From: a virus
Taxonomy: Duplodnaviria; Caudoviricetes
Reading direction: 5' to 3' (one strand)
Virus record (IMG/VR): IMGVR_UViG_3300020125_000547
Coordinates: 1 to 53,842 of that record
DNA: 53,842 nucleotides
Part shown: positions 17,423 to 26,600 of the stretch, piece by piece
How positions within the stretch are numbered: the first letter of the stretch is position 1
Layout: every line of letters starts with the position of its first letter
The notes under the pieces: model-generated
What the model was told of the DNA's origin: nothing
Seen by the model: the letters and a program-made list of their open reading frames with translations, nothing else
Database searches by the model: none
Made by a program: the position numbers and the translations under genes

Positions 17423-17632
17423 TCACGGCCGCCGACTGCGCGCCCGCTTCTTGCGTAGCCGGGCTTTGTTCCCGCTTGCGCGGTTGATCTCGTCAACCGC
17501 GATACGCTGTTGATCCAGAAACGCGACGTGGCACTGGGAGCACCGCGGGTGCTTTCCTGAGGGTGCACCGCACTCGCAGATGCGATCGGTTGGCTCGTCG
17601 CTCAACTCGACCCCGGGAATCGTGGGGATCAC
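17423..17632 (-). CDS. Small zinc-finger protein
   Basis: CEC...CSQC; GTGA overlap. Confidence 0.5.
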   Translation of the reverse strand: MIPTIPGVELSDEPTDRICECGAPSGKHPRCSQCHVAFLDQQRIAVDEINRASGNKARLRKKRARSRRP

Positions 17633-18150
17633 GCGTCCTCCGACAAGCGGCCGGGCGGGCGCTTGCGTTTCTTCGCCGCCTCGAGTTCGGCGATCGCGGC
17701 GTCGCGCGCAGTTCGCATTTCAGTGAGTTGCGCTAGTATGGGTTGTTCGCGCGCGACCGCTGCGTCGTGCGCGGCCTGGGCCGTGTCGCGCGCCGCGCCG
17801 ACCGCGAGGAGCTCGGCCTGGAACGTTCGGAGGAGGTCGATCGCGGCTTGACACGGTTCCGGCACATCTTCTAGGAGCCCTTCGCCGACGATGTAGTCAC
17901 CCAGCTGGGTGATCGCTTCGTTGCACGCCTCGCGCTCCCATGCGCGCTCGAGCACGTCGATCGACGATCCGGGTTCGACCGCTTCCAGATTCGAGGCGAG
18001 CTCGCTGCTGTACGTGCCGTTGGCATGCTGCACCAGCACGTGCCACTGCCCGTTCGCGAGAGCCACCGCGCGGATGACGCCGCCGCGGTCGGGGAATAGG
18101 GGCTGGCCTTGCTGGTCGGTGTGCGTCCACCGCACGCGGTCACCGATCAC
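17629..18150 (-). CDS. Hypothetical protein with C-terminal coiled coil
   Basis: Coupled ORF in the groES operon. Confidence 0.6.
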   Translation of the reverse strand: MIGDRVRWTHTDQQGQPLFPDRGGVIRAVALANGQWHVLVQHANGTYSSELASNLEAVEPGSSIDVLERAWEREACNEAITQLGDYIVGEGLLEDVPEPCQAAIDLLRTFQAELLAVGAARDTAQAAHDAAVAREQPILAQLTEMRTARDAAIAELEAAKKRKRPPGRLSEDA

Positions 18151-18422
18151 AGGGTCGTCTCCGTCTCGGCCGCTTCGGCCGGGAACTCTTCGACCCCCAT
18201 CCGCAACAGCGCCACCGCGGCGCGCATGCGGTGCAGGGGGAGCGTCGAGTCACGGGCGATCGCGCCGATCGCGCCGACGACGGCGAGGCGCTCTTCGGCG
18301 GTGAGCTTGCCGACGTGGTCGACGAGCGCCTCGCCGGCGATGAGCCGGGGGAGTTCGGGCACCGGCGCGACGTTGCGGCGCGGCGGCAGCAGGACCGCCA
18401 AGATGGTCTCAATCGTTCTCAC
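18147..18422 (-). CDS. Hypothetical protein
   Basis: GTGA overlaps; GAGGA RBS. Confidence 0.55.
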   Translation of the reverse strand: MRTIETILAVLLPPRRNVAPVPELPRLIAGEALVDHVGKLTAEERLAVVGAIGAIARDSTLPLHRMRAAVALLRMGVEEFPAEAAETETTL

Positions 18423-18799
18423 GGGGTCTGGTCCTCGATCGCGATCGCGGCGGTGACTCTGCGGCCGGTGTTCATTGCGGCGAGTCGCTCCGCGAACGCG
18501 TCATCCTGCCCGATGATCCCGATCACCGCGTCGTCGGTGAGCAGGGTGAACTTGAGGCCGTCGACCGTGACCTCGGCGCCGAGCTGCGGCGGGAACACCA
18601 CGACGTCGCCGACGGCGCACTCGCACGGAATGATGTTGCCGTTCTCGGCGCGGCGGCCGCGCCCGACCGCGACCACAGTGCCCCGGTCGGCCTTCTTCTG
18701 CGCACTGTCCGGGATGATGATGAGGCCGACTTGCGCCGCAGGATCGTCGCGGCGGATCAGAACGTGGTTGCCCAGGGGGGTGATTTTGGGATATGCCAT
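18419..18799 (-). CDS. groES: Co-chaperonin GroES (Cpn10)
   Basis: PLGNHVLIRR...GLIIIPDSAQKK..RGTVVAVGRG...VGDVVVF...GAEVTVDG. Confidence 0.92.
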   Translation of the reverse strand: MAYPKITPLGNHVLIRRDDPAAQVGLIIIPDSAQKKADRGTVVAVGRGRRAENGNIIPCECAVGDVVVFPPQLGAEVTVDGLKFTLLTDDAVIGIIGQDDAFAERLAAMNTGRRVTAAIAIEDQTP

Positions 18800-18804
18800 G
18801 CACG

Positions 18805-18831
18805 CTAGGACGTCCGGTGCACGGACGATCC
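18805..18831 (-). promoter_or_regulatory. ECF-like promoter motif copy 8 (GGATC-N15-GTCCTAG)
   Basis: 5 nt before the groES ATG, no RBS. Confidence 0.75.
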
Positions 18832-18882
18832 TGCGGTCGGTGAGCGGTACAGGCAATGCACCTAGGCCAAGGGAGAGGTCAC

Positions 18883-19479
18883 ATGTCGAACACCAAACGC
18901 AATGGTACAGACCAGTTGGAGAACCTGGAGGCGCGGCTACACGAGCTCGGCGCCATGGCGCAGGCGCTCACCGAGCAGGTACGCCTCGCGCGCGGGACGC
19001 GCGAGATCACCCCACCACCGCCCGCCGCACCGGCCGAGCTCCCACTCGCCGATCGCCTGGCGGCGGTCCTTCGCGCCACACCGTCGTCAATCGAGGATCT
19101 GGTGGCCGCGCTTCACGTCCCCGCCGGGCGCATTGCGAAGGAGATGAAGGCGCTACGCGCCGCGGGTCTCGGCCGCAAGCTCTGGAACGCCGGCACCGAC
19201 GTTGCGCCGAAGTGGTTCTTGCCGCCGGGTCCGGACGCCACCCCCGAGGTGTTCGCCGCCGCAGTGCTGGCGCTGATCCGCCTACAGCCGCACTCGACTG
19301 GCGAGCTCCAGCAGGCTACCGGGACCATGGGGTCCAAGCGCGTGTGGCACGCGCTGGTGAAGCTCAATGACGCCAAGGGCTCGCGCATCGTGCGGTACGG
19401 CGACCCGCGACGGCCGCGGTGGTTCTGGCTCCCGGAGGGGATGGACCTGAGCAGGTTCGCGCCGCGCAGCGGCCGGTGA
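18883..19479 (+). CDS. Protein with two winged-HTH-like repeats
   Basis: Two helical segments each ending in P(K/R)WF; GGAGAGG RBS. Confidence 0.55.
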   Translation: MSNTKRNGTDQLENLEARLHELGAMAQALTEQVRLARGTREITPPPPAAPAELPLADRLAAVLRATPSSIEDLVAALHVPAGRIAKEMKALRAAGLGRKLWNAGTDVAPKWFLPPGPDATPEVFAAAVLALIRLQPHSTGELQQATGTMGSKRVWHALVKLNDAKGSRIVRYGDPRRPRWFWLPEGMDLSRFAPRSGR

Positions 19480-19548
19480 ATGGTGTGGCGCGGCGGATAC
19501 ACCGCGGCCGCGGTGTGAACGTGATGCCACAGGTGGCGTTCGGGTCTA

Positions 19549-19830
19549 ATGCGCGAGATCGCGCGGTTGGCGCGGGCACGGCGGGTGCAGCGGTCGGAGG
19601 GCATGGAGACAATCCCGACCGCGGTGCAGGATGCCGCCCACGTCAAGACCATAGAGGCAGGCGAATCACTTGAGGTTGCCGCGCGTGCTTTCGAGCGTCA
19701 CAGTGGCCCGGAGTCAACAGCTCGCGAGCGCGCGTTGTTTGGCCAGGACCTCCGCGCGGCCGCGATGTGTTACGCCCGCGCCTACTACGCCGAGGCTCGC
19801 GCGTACGGGCTCATCCCGGAGGCGTCGTGA
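19549..19830 (+). CDS. Hypothetical protein
   Basis: ORF heading a coupled plus-strand cluster; start uncertain. Confidence 0.5.
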   Translation: MREIARLARARRVQRSEGMETIPTAVQDAAHVKTIEAGESLEVAARAFERHSGPESTARERALFGQDLRAAAMCYARAYYAEARAYGLIPEAS

Positions 19831-20090
19831 CCGACGACGTCCGCAACCGCACCGCGCTCGTCGCGATGGCCGGCGCGCTCGCCCACCTCGACACCGCCGT
19901 CGCCCAGCTCGAGCGGGCGCAGCGCGACGCGGCCCGCGCACTGCCGGCCGGGCACGATCTGCTCTACACGTTCGACCGGATTATGCCGGACGTGCGGGTG
20001 CTGCAGCGCAAGGCCGAGCATGCGCTCGGCCGAGTGCCGTCTGGCGCACCTGCGGGCGCATCGGCACCCGCCCGGATGGTGCCTCGATGA
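19827..20090 (+). CDS. Hypothetical protein
   Basis: GGAGG RBS, GTGA overlap. Confidence 0.55.
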   Translation: MTDDVRNRTALVAMAGALAHLDTAVAQLERAQRDAARALPAGHDLLYTFDRIMPDVRVLQRKAEHALGRVPSGAPAGASAPARMVPR

Positions 20091-20257
20091 CGGCGCCGCG
20101 CTCCGCATCGGTGACCGTGCTGCACTGGACAGCGACCGACGGCCCGGTGGTGCAGCAGTTCGACCCGCGCGTACTCGCGCGCCCGACCCGCCGGCTGACC
20201 GCGGTCGAGATCGCTGCGCTGCAGGACCTCTGCTCGCCCTCGGAGCGTGTTCCATGA
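20087..20257 (+). CDS. Hypothetical protein
   Basis: ATGA overlaps at both ends. Confidence 0.5.
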   Translation: MTAPRSASVTVLHWTATDGPVVQQFDPRVLARPTRRLTAVEIAALQDLCSPSERVP

Positions 20258-20442
20258 TCCTCGCGATCCTGCTCACCCTCGGCGCGCTGGTCTGGCTTCC
20301 GGTCACGGCGGGCGTGCTGATCGTCGGCGCGGCCGGTGCGCTGTGGCTTCTCGACCAGATGCTCGGAGCGCCGGCGGTGGCGCCCTCGGTGGGTGGCGGC
20401 GATCGGCCGAGCACGGCCCCGCGGACGCCCCGTGCCACGTGA
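20254..20442 (+). CDS. Small membrane protein
   Basis: Long hydrophobic stretch MILAILLTLGALVWLPV... Confidence 0.5.
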   Translation: MILAILLTLGALVWLPVTAGVLIVGAAGALWLLDQMLGAPAVAPSVGGGDRPSTAPRTPRAT

Positions 20443-20800
20443 CCCGCTCGCCATCGACTGCCAAGCATGCGCGGCCGGTCCCGGTGTGCTGTGCCCGACC
20501 GCGACCGGACTGCACTGGGCGCGTGCGAAGGCGGCGGGGATGACCCCGGCTGAGATGCTGGCCTGGCGGCCTGCGGAAAGGCGGCCTGCGGAGGGGCCCG
20601 TCGCACCCCCGTCGTCGCCCGCCGCCGGGCCGGCCGTCGTCGGCCGGCTGCCGAACGCCGACGACCTCGGGATCACGCTTGCCGCGCTCGCGGCTGCGTG
20701 CGACCTCGCCGAGCAGCACGGCGCGCCGACGGCCGAGGTCGCGCGGTTGCGCGCCGTCGGCTCGTCGGTCGCAAGAACCGACGCTCATCGGGCGTCCTAG
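20432..20800 (+). CDS. Zinc-finger protein
   Basis: CQACAAGPGVLC...H..R motif. Confidence 0.55.
   Translation: MPRDPLAIDCQACAAGPGVLCPTATGLHWARAKAAGMTPAEMLAWRPAERRPAEGPVAPPSSPAAGPAVVGRLPNADDLGITLAALAAACDLAEQHGAPTAEVARLRAVGSSVARTDAHRAS
20774..20800 (+). promoter_or_regulatory. ECF-like promoter motif copy 9 (AGAAC-N15-GTCCTAG)
   Basis: 8 nt before ATG 20809; its TAG is also the upstream stop. Confidence 0.65.
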
Positions 20801-20808
20801 GAGAAGAC

Positions 20809-21720
20809 ATGTCAGATCAGAACGAGAGCTATCCGTCCGGCTGGACCCGCGTCGAGATCCTGAGCGACCGTGCGATCGTGACGTGCCGGCCAGGCCGGCA
20901 CTCCGCCGATGGATTGCGCCATCGAGTTCTGTCCGTGCTCGACGTCGAGGCCGTTCGGCTGGGGCACTGTACATCAGGCCACGTGCCGCTGAGCTTCGTG
21001 TACCACGTGTCGCTGTCGGGCACGGCGGTGTTCAACTACCGCGGCGAACCTCGGAACTCGACGGCCGCATCCCGAGCGCCCGCGGTGCACAGGACGGCAC
21101 AAGTCGCGGCGCAGTGCGGAGGGCCACGCCCGCCGGAGGCAGTGTGCGTCGTGTTTCCGTTGTGTCGGACCGCGGCCGGGATGGAGATCTCGGGGCCGGA
21201 GACGTACAGCGGAGATCGTCAAGTCGCACTACGCCGTGATGACGCCACGGCTGCGGTCAAGCGCCGGTCCGCCACCAACCAGCGGATCGACGGCCTGACG
21301 CCGCACCAGTGCCTCCAGGCGTTCACTGCCGCGCAGCGCGACCAGCGCACGTTCGAGACCTGGCTCCCGGCGGCGTGGCTCCGGGTCGGCGACGTGATCT
21401 CGATCGATATCCCGGCGCCGGAATGCATCGCCGCAGCCACGGTCACGCAGTTCAACGACCTCGGTTCGCGTGTGCTGCTCGGGCTGCGCACCTGCACCCG
21501 CGTCTGGCCGGAGGAACGTAACGCGGCAGAGGTATTCAAGGTCGCGCGCTCCACCGCCCTGACCCCGGCGCAGCGTGACTGCGCGCGACGGATGTGGTCG
21601 TGCCTTCTTCGGCACGATGTCGGCGTGTCGAATGCGCGCGCCGCCGCACGCGCGCCGTCGGTCGCGATCGCCGACGAGGGGCTGGAGATCGAAGCGCTCG
21701 CGGCGGACGTGCGGCCGTGA
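20809..21720 (+). CDS. Hypothetical protein
   Basis: Long ORF following promoter motif and AGGAG. Confidence 0.6.
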   Translation: MSDQNESYPSGWTRVEILSDRAIVTCRPGRHSADGLRHRVLSVLDVEAVRLGHCTSGHVPLSFVYHVSLSGTAVFNYRGEPRNSTAASRAPAVHRTAQVAAQCGGPRPPEAVCVVFPLCRTAAGMEISGPETYSGDRQVALRRDDATAAVKRRSATNQRIDGLTPHQCLQAFTAAQRDQRTFETWLPAAWLRVGDVISIDIPAPECIAAATVTQFNDLGSRVLLGLRTCTRVWPEERNAAEVFKVARSTALTPAQRDCARRMWSCLLRHDVGVSNARAAARAPSVAIADEGLEIEALAADVRP

Positions 21721-21911
21721 TCGGGTCACTGATCCGACGCCTGCGCGGCGCGCGCCCGCGGTGCGGCTGGTCGTTCGCCAGCGGCCACCCGCAGCTGAGC
21801 GTGTGCCCGAACTGCCGGCGGCCTGGGGCCGAGCATCCGCCGGCCGCGCCCGGCGCCCCGACCGTTCCTGGGGTTGACTGGTTGACGCCGATGCTGCGGG
21901 AGATCCGATGA
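21717..21911 (+). CDS. Small Cys-containing protein
   Basis: Overlaps both neighbours. Confidence 0.45.
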   Translation: MIGSLIRRLRGARPRCGWSFASGHPQLSVCPNCRRPGAEHPPAAPGAPTVPGVDWLTPMLREIR

Positions 21912-22168
21912 CCTTCCTCGACGCGCTGCGCGCCTCGCGAGCATGCAACCGGCCGATCAGGCAAGCCTCGTGGTGCCTGGGGCACCGGATCCAGTGGCAC
22001 GCGAAGGACGGCCGGTGGGTGTTCGCGAACCGTTACGAGCCGGACCTCCTCCTCGCGACCGCCGTCACGCGCGATGACTGGACGCACCGGCAGCTCGACC
22101 TGAGCCGGATGCAGGGCTGCCTGACGCCCGAGACGATGCTCGCCGAGGATTGGGAGGTTGTACCGTGA
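21908..22168 (+). CDS. Tad2/DUF2829-like protein, candidate anti-defence sponge
   Basis: MTFLDALRA...IRQASW...MLAEDWEVV, the N- and C-terminal signature of this family. Confidence 0.65.
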   Translation: MTFLDALRASRACNRPIRQASWCLGHRIQWHAKDGRWVFANRYEPDLLLATAVTRDDWTHRQLDLSRMQGCLTPETMLAEDWEVVP

Positions 22169-23535
22169 CCATCACGATCACCGAGTGCGGCTGGCGCTGC
22201 CTCAACATCGGCTGTCCGACGCGCGAGCCCGTGCGCGCGAAGGAGCCGCCGACCTGCTACACGTGCGAGCGGCCGATGGCCGAGGTGCACTACCCGGTGA
22301 CCGAGAAGGAGATCGGGCGACTGGCCGCGGCTATCGAGGTCGCCCCCTTCGGCGGTCCCGCCGTGCTGCTGTCGCAGGAGATGGCCGAGTACCGCTTGCC
22401 GCCGGATGACCTGGTCGAACTCAGCCCCCTCACGAAGTGGCTGCCCGAACCGGTCGCGAGGTGGCGGGCCGAGCGCGAGCTCGCGGCCGCGAAAGACGCG
22501 GTCGCACGCGGTGAGCGTGTGCACCAGGACGTCGAGCGGTATCTGCGCGAGCTACCGGGGCGCGAGTTCCCATACGGCTACGACGTGGTCGGGAAGGAAG
22601 TAGGGCGCGTGACGTACAGCGCGCGACGCGTCGGTGACTACGTCGCGCTCGTCGACCGCGTGAAGAACCCGGAGTGCCGTCTGCGCATCGACGATCCGGT
22701 CAGCGTCGGCTACGAGGCCGCCGTCGAGCACACATACCGTTGCACCCGCGCCGGCTGCCCTGTGCGCGAGCCGGTGAGCGCGAGCTCGCCGCCGACCTGC
22801 TACACGTGCCAGCAGCCGATGTCGGAGGTCGCCGAGTTCGTACGGCCGGCGTTGCCGGACCCGGGGATCGCCGCGGAGATCGAGTTCTTCCAGCGTCAGC
22901 TCGTCAACGCAGCCGCCATACCCGCCGCCCTGCTATTCGGCAAAGCCCCGGCCGGGCTCGGCGCTCGCGGCGAAGACGAGGCGGGCGCCATCGGGTGGCG
23001 CGCCGAGTACCAGCAGCGTCCGATGCCGGCGAGCGAGCGGGGCAGCTACAGCTTGAAGAACCTCGCGGGCATCATCGCACACGACCGCCTCGGCCGGCCG
23101 TGCGCTCGAAAGTGGGAGTACACGTACAGAGAACTGCGTGACGCCGCGCAACCGCATCCGCTCCGCAGCGTGACCGTGCAGTTCGGCGGCGCGGCACTCC
23201 GAGACGCACACTTCGAGCCGGCGGATGTAGTCGGGGCGCGGACGTGGACCGTGACGGCTGCGATCGATGAGACGGGGCTAGCGGCGCTGCACGACGCGCA
23301 CGGCTGCACGTCATCGCTCACCGCGGACGGGCACATGCTGTGCGAGCGCGCCGTGATGACCGACCTCCGGATCGAATCGCGCGACCTGTACCAGAAGGCC
23401 CGCGCGACCTTCCGTGAAATACTGACTGTCTGGACGAAAGCTACGCCGGCCGAGATCGGCACGATCGCGCGTGCGGACGGCCAAGCGTTTGTCTGCACGT
23501 CGGCCGGCACGACTGATCCGCAGAAAATTCCGTAG
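22165..23535 (+). CDS. Mosaic protein with duplicated zinc ribbon and portal-/terminase-like fragments
   Basis: Two C-x4-CPxREPV...PPTCYTC repeats; LLFGKAPAGLGARGEDE matches the portal of this phage. Confidence 0.65.
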   Translation: MTITITECGWRCLNIGCPTREPVRAKEPPTCYTCERPMAEVHYPVTEKEIGRLAAAIEVAPFGGPAVLLSQEMAEYRLPPDDLVELSPLTKWLPEPVARWRAERELAAAKDAVARGERVHQDVERYLRELPGREFPYGYDVVGKEVGRVTYSARRVGDYVALVDRVKNPECRLRIDDPVSVGYEAAVEHTYRCTRAGCPVREPVSASSPPTCYTCQQPMSEVAEFVRPALPDPGIAAEIEFFQRQLVNAAAIPAALLFGKAPAGLGARGEDEAGAIGWRAEYQQRPMPASERGSYSLKNLAGIIAHDRLGRPCARKWEYTYRELRDAAQPHPLRSVTVQFGGAALRDAHFEPADVVGARTWTVTAAIDETGLAALHDAHGCTSSLTADGHMLCERAVMTDLRIESRDLYQKARATFREILTVWTKATPAEIGTIARADGQAFVCTSAGTTDPQKIP

Positions 23536-23611
23536 GACTCGGCAGGTCCGCTGGCACGCTGCCTGCAGATGATCCCTTGCGCGGACCGTCCGCGGACGGC
23601 ACAGTCTGTGC

Positions 23612-26600
23612 ATGTCCGAAGACGGCACCGAGCCGGTACGCATCAAAGGTCGGTTCGCGCCGGGCCGTTCCGGTAACCCGGCCGGCGGCGCGCGGCGCGC
23701 CCGCTCGGACGCCGCGCCGCCGGGCGGACGCCCGTCGCGCCACGACGCCGACTGGGTCAACTTCTTCACCGGCCAGGGGGTCCTCGGCCGAGACAAGCGC
23801 CTCGGCGCGCACTTCAACGTCACCCCGCTGAGCTTCGACCAGCTCATGCACCTCTGGCTTGGCGACGACCTCGCCGCCCGGGCCGTCGAGATGATCCCGA
23901 AGGAGGCCCTCCGGCAGGGCTACGACGTCACGGTCGCCGACTCGCAGGAGGGCACCGACGAGGACACCGACGGGCTCGACCCGAGTGAGGCGTCGGCCGA
24001 GATCACGGACGAGCTCGAGCGCCTCGGCGCGAACGACGCGATCGAGATCGCCGGGTCGTACGAGCGCGGCTACGGCGGCGGCGCGATCCTGATCGGCGCG
24101 AACGACGGCCAGGCCGACCTGACCCAGCCGCTCAACCTCAAGGCCGTCCGCAGCCTCGACTTCTTGAACCCGCTCGAGGCGCGCGAGTGCATGCCGATCT
24201 ACGCGTACGGCGACCCGCGGGCCCCGAAGTACGGCGAGCCGGAGATCTACCGGATCATCACGCGGAGCGTGCTGCCGAGCCGGCAGGGGTTCTCGGCGCA
24301 GACGATGGAGATCCACGAGAGCCGTCTCCTGATCTTCCCCGGGATCCGGGTCTCGCGGTTCCAGCCGCTCGCCGCGCGCGCCGGCTGGGGCGAGGCGGTG
24401 CTCACTCGGATCTACCGGGTGCTGCGCGACTTCAATGCCGCCTACGCCAACACTGGCGTCCTGATCAACGATTTCTCCCAGGCGGTTGTGAAGATCGCCG
24501 GGCTGTGGGAGGCGCTCGCGCAGGACGCCGGCGCGTTCAACCAGCGCCTCCAGGCGATGGAGGCCGGCCGCTCGACCGTCAACGCGATCGCGATCGACGC
24601 CGGCGACAGCTACGAGCGCCAGCAAACGCCGGTGACCGGGCTCTCGGACCTGCTCGAGCGGTTCGGCGTGCGGCTCGCTGCCGCCTGCGACATGCCGCTG
24701 ACCCTGTTGTTCGGCACGAGCCCGGCCGGGCTCAACGCCACCGGCGAGAGCGACATCCGATCGTTCTACGACCGTGTTGCGAGCTACCAGCAGCGCAAGA
24801 TCCTGCCGAAGCTCCGGCAGATCTGCCAGATCCTGTTCCGCACGATCGGCAGCCGGAGCGAGCCTGTGAACTGGTCGATCAAGTTCCGGCCGCTGTGGCA
24901 GGAGAGCGCCAAGGACCAGGCGTCGGCCGCGGCCGCGCTGGCGCAGGCCGACACGGCGTGGACCACCGCGAGCATTCTCAGCTCCGACGAGATCGCGAAA
25001 GCGCGTTGGGGTAAGGGGCAGGAGTTCGCCGGTATCACCGTCGACTTCTCGGCCCGCGAGGCCCAGGACGATCTCGGATCGCAACCCGGAGACCAGGAGG
25101 TCGTCACGCTGCCGGGCACAGGCGGCGCCGCCGGGACCGAGGTTGCGGCTCAGGCGTTCAACGGCGCGCAGATCTCCAGCATGCTGGAGATCGTCAAGGC
25201 GGCGACGGCGCGTCAGATCCCCATGGGCTCGGCCACGGCGATCATCCAGACGGCCTTCAACCTGTCGCCCGACAAGGCGAAGGCAATCACGTCGAGCGTG
25301 GCCGCGGCCCCGCTGCCGCCTGCGGTGGGAGCGACGGAACCGGACGAGCCAGACGAGGATCCGGAGCCGGAGGGCCCCGCGCCGACACCCGACGAAACAG
25401 ACGGTCCTGCGCCGAAGGCCGGCGAAGCGCGCGGCGACAGCACCCCGCCGCCGCGGTGCGAGGCGTGCGGGCTGGAGATCGATCGCGACGCCGCCGACTC
25501 AGCGTGCGTGCTGTGCGGCAAGGAGTACATCCCGCCCCCGCCCTCCGGGTCGGCGCGGCCGCAGCCGGACGTAGTGCCGCCCGGTCCGCCCGCCGCCCCC
25601 GACCCGAACACGCCGCCGGTGCGGATGATCACCGCAGAGGACCGCGCGGACGCGTGCGCCCGGCCGGGGGCGCAGCGCCTCGACTTCGACCCCGACCAGC
25701 CTCGCGCCCCCGATGGGAAGTGGGGATCGGGGGGTAGTGGTACCGACCCCGGCCGCGCGCCCGACGATCGCACCGCGGCGGCGGTCAGGGATCCAGCGTT
25801 CACCGCGCCGAACCGCGAGCGTCTGATCGCAGCCGGCGACCGCGTGCGCGCGAACTACCCCCGCGACCAGCGCGCTACCGACGCCGTCCACGAGGAGGCT
25901 CAGAAGGAGATCCGCGCCGAGGCCGGCCGGATCCTACGCGAGCAGGCGGTCGTGGGGAGTGACCCCCGCATGCAGGCCGAGCTCGAGCGGGTGCGCGGCG
26001 ACATGCCGGTCGCGCGCGTCGGTGACGAGTCGGCCAAGCAGCACGACGTCCTGATGGAGCGCGTCACCGAGCGCCGCGCCGAGCTCGCACAACACGACGA
26101 GGCGCGCGCGGCCGGGCTCGTTCCGAAGGTGCCGGACGAGGCGCTCAAGGCGTACCAGACGGCCGCGGCGCAGCACACGCCGGCGCTCGACGCTGCGCAC
26201 GCCGAGGTCGACGCCGCGAGCCAGAAGGCTCTCGACGCGCTCGGGAAGTACAGCGCGCGCGCCGGCGACGAGGAGCGCGACGCTCTCTTCGAGGGCGACA
26301 AGGCGCCCGGCGATGCCGAGGAGCTGGCCGCAAGCTACGCCCACGCCGCCGACCGGCTCGGCGGGAAGGGCGACGTCGACGAGAGCGGCGACTTCCGCGA
26401 CGCGCCGCCGTCGCAGGACAGATACCGCGAGATGGTCGACCCGGAGCGACACGCGCCCCCGGCCGACGTCGAGATCCCGGACCACTTCCGCGACGAGGAG
26501 ACCGGCGAGCTCAAGTCGAAGTGGGAGCCCGACCCGAGCTGGGAGCCGGACCACGTCACGCACGAGGAGGCCCAGAAGCTCAATTTCGAGGAACACGAGG

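Noticed and set aside
23533-23560. TAGGAC as another copy of the ECF-like motif
   Set aside because: No partner box at 14-15 nt in either orientation
23612-25080. Possible anti-CBASS Acb1 label for the DUF1073 region
   Set aside because: The motifs and synteny are those of a portal; no HxT/HxS 2H-phosphoesterase pair was recognised
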